Origin: Candidatus Marinacidobacterales bacterium
GTDB lineage: Bacteria > Acidobacteriota > Vicinamibacteria > Marinacidobacterales > SMYC01
NCBI GenBank assembly: GCA_965237955.1
Contig: OZ250169.1
Coordinates: 6,144,001-6,208,000 of the forward strand
DNA: 64,000 bases
Direction: 5' to 3'
Within the stretch, counting starts at the first letter, position 1. Every line of letters begins with the position of its first letter. The translations under genes were made by a program, and so were the position numbers. Positions 56,618 to 64,000 of this stretch are shown piece after piece. Below the pieces are notes generated by a model, which did no database searches, was not told the origin of the DNA, and was given only the letters and a program-made list of their open reading frames with translations.

Positions 56618-57463
56618 ATGGTCGAGTCAACACCATCCGGCGCAAACGTGATTGCCATTGCGAACTGCAAAGGCGGTGTCGCGAAAACGACAACAACCGT
56701 GAACTTGGGGGCGGCGCTGGCAAGCCGGGGGCGGCGTGTTCTTCTGATCGATCTCGACGCTCAGCAGGATCTCTGCGCCGCCCTGCGAGCACGCATACCA
56801 CGACCCGGGCTAGCCGACGTCCTCCTCAGCACCGCGTTCTTCGATACCGGGAATCTGGCCGACGCATTTGTGACCGTTCACGGTATGACGGTCGCGGGCG
56901 GATATGGGATCGCTCATGCGGAGCGCGAGCTCGCCACGAATGGTAGCTGGGAAAACGCGCTCAAGCGTGCGCTAGCGCCCCACTTGCCGCGTTTCGACTA
57001 CGTGTTGCTGGACTGCGCTCCGTCGAGCAACTGCCTCACGCCCAGCGCGCTCGTCGCCGCCCACGACGTGGTCGTCCCAATTCAGACCGAGTTCCTGGCG
57101 GCGAATCAACTGTCCAGCATCATGTCGGCGGTCGATGACGTGCGCTCGCGGCTCAACTCGTCGCTGAAAATTCGTGGATTCCTGCCCACGATGTACGACG
57201 GACGAAGCAATCACGCGCTGGGCGTCATGGAGCACATCGCGCTCCAAGCACACATGTGGGGCGTCCGCGCATTCAAGCCCATCCCACGAGCGGTACGTTT
57301 GGCAGAAGCGAGCGAAGCGGGACGGCCGATTTGCCAGTACTCGGAAGACTCACCAGCTGCCGAAGCGTACGACGGGTTGGCCGAGGAGATCGACCATCGG
57401 TATCAAGTGAGAGCGTCGATGTTTGCTTCGACGGGTGCGCGGGCGATCGGCACCTACGCGTAG
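56618..57463 (+). CDS. ParA/Soj-family ATPase (no adjacent parB)
   Basis: Deviant Walker A KGGVAKTT, LLIDLDAQ, LLDCAPS, PIQTEF, LPTMYD, IPRAVRLAEA. Confidence 0.92.
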   Translation: MVESTPSGANVIAIANCKGGVAKTTTTVNLGAALASRGRRVLLIDLDAQQDLCAALRARIPRPGLADVLLSTAFFDTGNLADAFVTVHGMTVAGGYGIAHAERELATNGSWENALKRALAPHLPRFDYVLLDCAPSSNCLTPSALVAAHDVVVPIQTEFLAANQLSSIMSAVDDVRSRLNSSLKIRGFLPTMYDGRSNHALGVMEHIALQAHMWGVRAFKPIPRAVRLAEASEAGRPICQYSEDSPAAEAYDGLAEEIDHRYQVRASMFASTGARAIGTYA

Positions 57464-57567
57464 GACAGCAACCCTCGTCTTTCTCACCGGTCCTCGTCTA
57501 GGCTCGTGCCAATGCGGGGAGATCGCCTTCGTGAGTTTCAGAACTGGAATTTGGCTTCGGATGGGCG

Positions 57568-57636
57568 CCCCCTCACCCGGCGAGAGTTGCCAGAGCTCGC
57601 CTCCGTGAAGCTCTCTCCCCCTCTCGGGGAGGAGGT
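57568..57636. repeat. REP-like element (CCCCTCACCC...CTCTCCCC..GGGGAGGAG), similar to 42786
   Basis: CCCCTCACCCGG...CTCTCTCCCCCTCTCGGGGAGGAGG between convergent genes. Confidence 0.45.
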
Positions 57637-58030
57637 TAAAGTCCTGGGGGGGCGGCTATGTTTAGGACGTCTTTGATCACGCATGCAGCGGTCGCGAGTG
57701 GGCCGCCTTTGCTGCTTCTTGCGCTTATCGTGCCCATGACGTCGGTCTCGAAGACGCAACCTTTCTCGCCCGGGCCGAGCTCGTAGAGGGGGTCGTCCGG
57801 CGTGAGGGCTTCGGGCGCGGTCTTCAGTCGAATCGTGCCATCGGCATCGCGCTCGCCGGTGGCGATGGCGGATGCGTTGTCTTCGTGACCGCGCGTCGTC
57901 GAGCTCTTTCTTGCCGATCGCGGCGACGCCGGTCGTCTCGACGGCGTCGAGACTGAGCTCAACCGCACTCCGCTGAGCACCATCTCGATCGTATCGGAAG
58001 ACGGCCCTTGCGACCGGTGGCCCGTTCGGA
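57636..58030 (-). pseudogene. Homoserine dehydrogenase-like C-terminal remnant, frameshifted and cut at the IS200 element
   Basis: LSLDAVETTGVAAI..KELDDAR..QRI | IATG...APEAL..DDPLY.L...EKGCVFETDVMGTI....GGPLATAA.VIKDVLNI. Confidence 0.6.
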
Positions 58031-58039
58031 CTGAGCGCG

Positions 58040-58605
58040 TGCGCTCCATCGCCTAAAGGCGATGGGTTCACGTCGCCGACTAAAGTCGGCTTGTCCTTGC
58101 CTCGTTTCACTACTCGCTAACCTTGAAAGAATCGTCGTCCTGGGGCACGGCACCTTGCAACTCTATATACTTCGCTATCACGTCATCCGTCACGTTGCCC
58201 GTCGTCACCACGAAGTAACCCCGTGCCCATAGGTGCCGACCCCAGAACTCCTTCCGCATCGTCCGAAAGTCTCGCATCAGACGATTCGACGTCTTACCCT
58301 TGATCAACTGCATCACTCGACTCGGCGACAAATTCGGCGGCACGCTCAGTAACAGATGCAACTGCTCAGGCCGCACATGACCCTTCAGTATTTCTATCTG
58401 GTTCCGAGCACAGATCTCCCGAATGAGATCCCGGAGACGAACCGCTACATCCCCTCTCAAGGCCGGCTTGCGGTACTTCGTGATAAATACGAAGTGATAG
58501 TTTAACTGGTACGTCGTGTGCGATGATTTACGATATCCTTTCACCTGGGGATCGTACCCCAAGCCTCCTAAAGGCTTCGCCTAAAGGCGAGGGATTTCAA
58601 CCATC
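58040..58605 (-). mobile_element. IS200/IS605-family element (tnpA only); boundaries approximate
   Basis: Subterminal hairpins with identical TAAA loops: CCATCGCC-TAAA-GGCGATGG (58046-58065), GCCGAC-TAAA-GTCGGC (58075-58090), TCGCC-TAAA-GGCGA (58577-58590); no tnpB. Confidence 0.85.
58110..58544 (-). CDS. tnpA: IS200-family Y1 (HUH) transposase TnpA
   Basis: YHFVFITKYRK, EQLHLL (HUH position), KGKTS, LWARGYFV.T.G, YIELQ (YxxxQ). Confidence 0.92.
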   Translation of the reverse strand: MKGYRKSSHTTYQLNYHFVFITKYRKPALRGDVAVRLRDLIREICARNQIEILKGHVRPEQLHLLLSVPPNLSPSRVMQLIKGKTSNRLMRDFRTMRKEFWGRHLWARGYFVVTTGNVTDDVIAKYIELQGAVPQDDDSFKVSE

Positions 58606-58696
58606 CCCGAGTGAGACATTAATAATGATGAGAGACAAGGCATTTAATACGGTAAAGTATGTTTCAATTGTTCGTACTATTGAATTCGAATGAAGG

Positions 58697-58935
58697 GTGA
58701 CGAACGCGCCGCGGCGTCACGCTTCGAGGGTCGCGGAGGTGCTAGTGCTGCGTACGACTGAATGGCTAGGGTTGCTCTTATTCATCTCGGTGTCGCTATG
58801 CGCGCCTCCGCTCGAGGGCCAGTCAGAGACCAACGAGCCACCCCTACTGAGTTTGTCCGAAACGATCGAGCTGGCGTTCGAGAACAGCGAGCTCATGATC
58901 GAGGTCCGGGACAGCCTTCAGCAGGCGAAGCTCTA
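58697..58935 (+). pseudogene. N-terminal remnant of a TolC-like outer-membrane efflux protein
   Basis: Signal peptide then LSLSETIELAFENS.L...R..L.QA, the typical OEP start; truncated. Confidence 0.5.
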
Positions 58936-60149
58936 CGCGTTGCCGGCCGCGATCTCGGCGAGCTTCTCACAATCTGTACCGAGTCGTTAGCTCGCTACAA
59001 GCTGCGCACCACGTTGAGCGCACTGGGAGTCGTCTTGGGGGTCGCGGGCGTCATCGCAGTGATGTCGGTGAGCCAAGGGGCCAGGGACGAGATTCTCCGA
59101 CAAGTCGAGTTTCTGGGACTGGACAATATCGTGGTGCGGGACAACCTGCAGTCCCGGGGTCAACGGCTCACGCTACGCGACGCGGAAACACTGTGGCAAA
59201 TCACTCCTCTCTTGAAGAGCGCGACACCGCTCGTCGAAGGCTACGTATCGCTTTTCGGGTCTGCTGCCAGTCGTCCGGCCCGACTGATCGGAGTCAACGC
59301 GGACTACAAACACATACTCCGCCTCTCGGTGACGAAAGGACGATTTCTGTCGAAATTGGACGATCGGGCTCTTGCGCGCGTTTGCGTTTTGGGGCGGCGC
59401 ATCGCGAGCGATCTCTTCGGCTTTCGGGAGCCGGTCGGTGAGAGCGTCCGAGTGGCCGGTAAGTGGTATCGAGTGGTCGGTGTCCTGGGAGAACGCTCGA
59501 TGGCGGGCGCGGGCTCCGACTCGCGACTCGGGACTTGAATGAAGCGGTGTTGGTGCCGTTGTCTACGCTCTTGGCTCAACCCCTGCATGCCGACCCTTCG
59601 ACGCCGGTTCAAGAGATCTGGCTGCACCTGAGCCGGGGTGATCGCGTGATACCCGTGGGCAGAGTGGTGGAAGAAACTCTCGCTCGACTTCACGGCGGGC
59701 GAGGCGACTTCGAGGTCGTCGTGCCTCGCGCCCTGATGAACCAACGTCTCCGCACCCAACGCACGTTCAGCGTCGTTGTCGGTAGCATGGCATCACTCAC
59801 TCTTCTCGTGGGAGGTATCGGCATCATGAACATCATGCTCGCCTCGGTACTGGAACGAACCGGCGAGATCGGGCTGCGGCGAACGGTGGGCGCAACCAAG
59901 CGCGACATCACGATGCAATTCCTGGTCGAAGCGCTTCTGTTGACGTCCACCGGCGGCGCCTTCGGGATCGTTCTCGGAATCGCCATCTCTCTGGGCATTT
60001 CCGCGTACGCGGGTTGGGCCATTCGCATCTCACCAGTAGCCGTTCTACTCGCGTTTTTCATCTCTTTCGTTACCGGAATTGCGTTTGGCATCTACCCCGC
60101 CGTCCAGGCCGCGCGTTTGGAGCCCATAGACGCGATGAGATACGAGTAA
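58936..60149 (+). pseudogene. MacB/FtsX-type ABC transporter permease (start missing, frameshift near 59530)
   Basis: KLRT.LS.LGVV.GV..VI, GRFL, VCVLG, VVGVL | LLVGGIGIMNIMLASV.ERT.EIGLR..VGA, QFL.EA, FG.YPA..AA.LEPIDAMRYE. Confidence 0.85.
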
Positions 60150-60360
60150 GCAGTCGCTCCGAATATTTGTCGGATGGCGCCGGCGCGTTGAAGTTGGATT
60201 GCATCCTGACGTTTGTTGTGATACAAGCTGTTCGGAAATTTCATTCCGAAAGATTTCGCGAGATAATGTTAGAGGTGTCATCGTGTCTCGACGTCAGTGT
60301 AGTGTGCTGTGCGTTGTTGCCGCTGGTTGCTGTTCTAAGCTTTCTTTGAGGAGAACGAAG

Positions 60361-61382
60361 ATGATGGTACAAGGCACAATGGGCGTTGCATCGAAGATCG
60401 TCACGACTCCGCTTCTTGTTGCGCTGCTCATGCTCGGCGGTCCCGGGTTAGGGCTCGGAGCAACGACCGCGAACGAGGGCGAAGGGGCGAGCGCTGCGCT
60501 TTCGGTAGTGAGCGATCCTGTCGGCGCGGCAGTTTATATCGACGGTGTTAGCCGCGGTGTTACTCCATTGGAGATCGACGCACTCGATGTGGGGGAGCAT
60601 CGTGTCACGCTCCTCAAAGACAATTACCTCGAGAACAGCCGGATCGTCACCTTGAAGCCTGGGCAGAAGGAATCCGTGAGCGTCGAGCTCACGGATTCCA
60701 CCGGAGCGCGTTATTCCTCCATGCAGATAGGTGCCTCGTCGTCGAGTGGCGGTGGCAGCAAGCTTCCGCTAATTCTCGGTATCGCAGGTGGAGGCGCTGC
60801 GGCCGCGTTCTTCCTGTTGCGACCCACCAACGATCCGCCGGTTGCGGGCAGTATCACGGTGAGCCCGAACATACGGGGCATCGCTGGTGTCACTAGCTTC
60901 AGCTTTACCTCGGGGGCGAGCGATCCGGACGACGACCCATTGACGTTCACCTTGGATTTTGGAGACGGCGGGAGCGGATCGGGGCAGACCACGTCCCGTG
61001 TTTACCAAAGCGCCGGCAACTTCTCGGTGACGGTTACCGTCAGCGACGGCAAGGAGAGGCGACAGCGTCGTCGTCGGTCAATGTCGGGGATATCACCGGT
61101 AATTGGCGCGGCTCCCAGAACTTCAGCGGGGGGCAGGCCCTTCCTTTCACCATGCGCCTGACGCAGTCGGGCAGAAACGTGAGCGGGACGTTCAACGACG
61201 AGTTAGGCTCTGGACCCGTCAGTGGTACGCTCAGTGAGCCTAGACGAGTGCAGTTCACGGTGCGACAGGCGAACTTTCAACCGTTCACCATGTCGGGGAC
61301 GGTGAATAACGACCTGAATCGGATTACCGGCAATACGACGGGCAGCGGATTCACGGGCCAGTCCTTCTCCATGACACGCTGA
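60361..61382 (+). CDS. PEGA + PKD domain protein (frameshift near 61050)
   Basis: PEGA SDP.GA.VYIDG..RG.TPL; Gly/Ala hydrophobic segment; PKD SDPD.DPLTF..DFGDG...Y..AG.F.VT.TVSDG; C-terminal beta domain continues in another frame. Confidence 0.75.
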
Positions 61383-61506
61383 GCTGATCCGTCTCGGAAG
61401 GTCGGGCTAACGAAGGCGCTGCGGCACGGATCGTGAGAGACACGCGGGGTCGGTAGGACGTACCCCGGGTCCCGTTCACGCAAACATTGAAGTCGTGGTC
61501 AGGTCC

Positions 61507-62622
61507 CTAGTGGTGCATTCCCTCGTATACTCGCTCGGCACTCTTGGTCAGTGAGACCGGCAAGGTGACGACCGACCCACAGGTAATGCTCGGTTCGCGT
61601 TGCCACGTCGTGTAGCCTTCCAAGCGTACCTCGACTCGACGCATCCCCTCATTGACGGTCAGCTTTGCCGGCGTGCTTCCCATGAGCACGCCATCCACCC
61701 AGACTTCGGCACCAGACGGCTCGGAGCGAACGTAGACCGTACCCGTGCAAGGGGGAGGCGGCGGCGGTGGCGGACCGTTGATCGTTGCCACGGCCTGGGT
61801 GAGGCTCGACTCGAAATCATCGAGGGCGCGTACCACCGAAAATATGTCCGTGGAGTGTGGCCGCGCGACGTAGAAGCCGAAATCGACGGGTTGGCAGCTG
61901 GCAAAGACTTGAGTCCCTTCTTCCCGGGATTCGATCTCGACAGAGCGCCAGCCTTTCCGATCGACGATTCGATACTCCGCGATTTGCGAGCGGCTGATGA
62001 GCCAGCCGTCGTTTTCCATCTCGGGCGGCCACAGCACGCTGTACGAGATTTGATCTCGGTAAACGTTGAGCCAACCATACGAGTAAGTGCCTTCCTTCTC
62101 CCCGCGTACGACCAAGTATAGGATGGCCTCTTCGTTTTCGTCCAATCGGGGCTCAGGTATGGACTCCGTTCCGTCCATGAGCCAGCGCTGGAGCGACTGA
62201 ACGGTCTCCTCGAAATTCTCGAACGCCGCCGCAACCACGAATACCTTCGGGCTCGCGGTGTCTACTCGGTCGTTCGAAGCGAGGTGGTAAAAGCGTGTCT
62301 CTTTCCAGTTTGCCAGCCGTAGCTCGAGATATCGCAAGTCGTTTTGCTCGCCTGGACGTGCGTGCTCGATAGATGTCACCGGGGCTTCGAACGAATGATC
62401 CTTCTTGTCCGAATCTTCCGAAAACCAGATTCGGGAGGGCGAAATGCGCATGGTTCCGTAACCGTACCGATTCTTTCCTTCATGGTGCGCCACGGCGACC
62501 CTGATGACCCGCTCACCGGAAGCAGTGGTCTCCACGACTTGAGCCCGGCTCGTCGCGGTAGAACCGATTCCCAAAAACATCACTATCACGCACATTCTTT
62601 TAGCAAACATGGCAGCAGTCAC
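61507..62622 (-). CDS. Secreted protein with two repeated beta domains and a C-terminal PEGA domain
   Basis: Signal peptide; two YG.(M/L).(I/V)....I.(F/Y)S repeats; poly-Pro; VRSEPSGAEVWVDG..MGSTP PEGA. Confidence 0.7.
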   Translation of the reverse strand: MTAAMFAKRMCVIVMFLGIGSTATSRAQVVETTASGERVIRVAVAHHEGKNRYGYGTMRISPSRIWFSEDSDKKDHSFEAPVTSIEHARPGEQNDLRYLELRLANWKETRFYHLASNDRVDTASPKVFVVAAAFENFEETVQSLQRWLMDGTESIPEPRLDENEEAILYLVVRGEKEGTYSYGWLNVYRDQISYSVLWPPEMENDGWLISRSQIAEYRIVDRKGWRSVEIESREEGTQVFASCQPVDFGFYVARPHSTDIFSVVRALDDFESSLTQAVATINGPPPPPPPPCTGTVYVRSEPSGAEVWVDGVLMGSTPAKLTVNEGMRRVEVRLEGYTTWQREPSITCGSVVTLPVSLTKSAERVYEGMHH

Positions 62623-62638
62623 CTCTTCACACAGGCGC

Positions 62639-63698
62639 TCATCGCGGGTGATCGTTTCTTTCTTCGTCGACGAATTTCGCGAGTCGGGGAGAAACGAGGC
62701 GAGGATCGACCTTTAGGTTCGGATCGAGCTCGAGAGCGCGACTGACGCGAGAACGTGCCTGGTCAATGAGCTCGGCCTTGGACTCTCCACGCAGAATGTA
62801 TTGGGAGTAGTAATAGAGGCCAAGATAGAGATGCGCGTTGGGTCGATCCTCTAGCCCGGAGATCGCATCCTCCAGAATCTCGATCGCAGCTTCGTAATTT
62901 CCGTCGAGTCGCGCCTCGACCGACTGACGGGCCTTTCGAAGCGCAGCCGCTCGCAGTTCTTTTTCTATTAAGGGGAGAAACTCCCTACCGACGCAGGGCT
63001 CGGCGAGTTCGAGGAAAATCTCTGCGGCCCGCCGAATAGAGCGTCCCCTGATCGCCTCCAGGACGTCGAGGAGCCGTTCGGCGGTCTGAAGCGCCAGACG
63101 CGCCGACGAATGGTCGGGGTCGAGCTCGGTGGCCTCGCGGAAACTCGTCATCGCTTCTTCGGGCGCGAGGGGCTCGAACTCGGCGCAGCCGTTCGCGTAG
63201 GCGCTTTCCGCAGCAATCGAGCGCTCTGCTATTTCCACGTGCACTTGCTCAGTGGTGGTCGTCGCGGTCGAGGTCGTTGTCCTCGGCACCGTCGTTGTCG
63301 GTCGTAGCGGAATAGAAGAGGTGGCCCTCGGCGGCATCGGCGCTACCTGCGGGATACCCGCGCATGGTGGTGGTTCGTCGAGTGAGCTGTCGGTCACGGG
63401 CCTCCAGCAAGTCACGACGACCGCCCAGATCTTCAGCAAAAAAAGACGATTCAAATGCTTGCTTTACCGCATCATCTCGGCCAGAGCAGCGGTGAGCCTT
63501 GCCCAGATGGTACAGTGGGTACGTTCCTTGCGTCGGATTCGTGCTGGCTTGCTCGAAAGCTGTGACAGCATCGCCATAGCGTCCGTCGCCGAGCGCCCTT
63601 AGCCCGACCTCATAGTTAGAGACCGTCTGCGCCCCCGTCACCGCCGCGGTCGACGCCACCAGCAACCAGGTGGCCCTAGAACTCCAGCGCCAGGTCAT
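62639..63698 (-). CDS. Secreted TPR protein with Thr-rich linker (frameshift near 63385)
   Basis: Signal peptide and TPR in 63249-63698; Thr/Pro linker and TPRs ending AL.LDP.L..D...VSPR in 62639-63454. Confidence 0.6.
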
Positions 63699-64000
63699 CT
63701 AGCTCCAATCCGGGCAGCGTCATCTTGAGCTCCAAGCTCTCGTCAGCCCGTACTTGAAACGGAAGAGTGAGCGCCTCAGGAAAATGAGGATTCACGAATT
63801 TGATCTCGTACTCGCCGGGCTGCAACTCCAAGATACAAGGTGTCGTCGTGGAGATGAGTTGCACATTTTGTCCCGTATCCAGGTTCCGGAGATACGCGAT
63901 CTCCGGCCCATGGAGCGATGTCGATGGCGACGGCCACTGAGCCCTCACCGCACGGTAGCAACCATCCTATTGCCGCGGCGACGATCAGGAATCCAACGAC
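63676..64000 (-). CDS. C-terminal TM + PEGA-like domain of a protein starting beyond the window (frameshift near 63907)
   Basis: VVGFLIVAAAIGWLL TM, IDIAPW|AEI...TPC.L.L.PGEY.I.F.NP.F PEGA-like. Confidence 0.55.

Noticed and set aside
58040-58700. TnpB/IscB or omega-RNA system at the IS200 element
   Set aside because: Only tnpA lies between the end hairpins; no RuvC ORF.

Overview
GC-rich bacterial chromosomal segment (roughly 60-65% GC by eye). Gene content suggests Acidobacteriota, possibly Vicinamibacteria-like; this is an inference from the pilT-recX-alaS order, the PEGA/PKD/TPR proteins and the kinase types. The backbone is housekeeping genes: a Lon-like protease, rsmB-PASTA-rpe, bamD, pgsA, tRNA-Gly(CCC), bactofilin, ald, hrcA-grpE-dnaK-dnaJ-prmA-rsmE, pilT-recX-alaS, mobA, an ECF sigma/anti-sigma/Spy-like triad, ftsB, rnc and iscS. 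Standout candidate system (38455-41907): two tandem paralogous actin-fold ATPases that resemble haloarchaeal volactin rather than MreB/FtsA/ParM/MamK, followed by a single-pass membrane Amidase_2-type peptidoglycan amidase, downstream of a possibly structured 5' leader. The window also shows non-random gene erosion: large internal deletions, truncations and frameshifts fall in dispensable genes, while long core genes are intact. Mobile and repeat content: an IS3-family element with a 4-bp target duplication inside prmA, an IS200-type tnpA with an altered HUH motif, and several families of short intergenic inverted-repeat elements built from 6-, 7- and 8-nt units. No CRISPR array, rRNA or prophage was seen. 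All family calls come from motif recognition by eye, without database searches.
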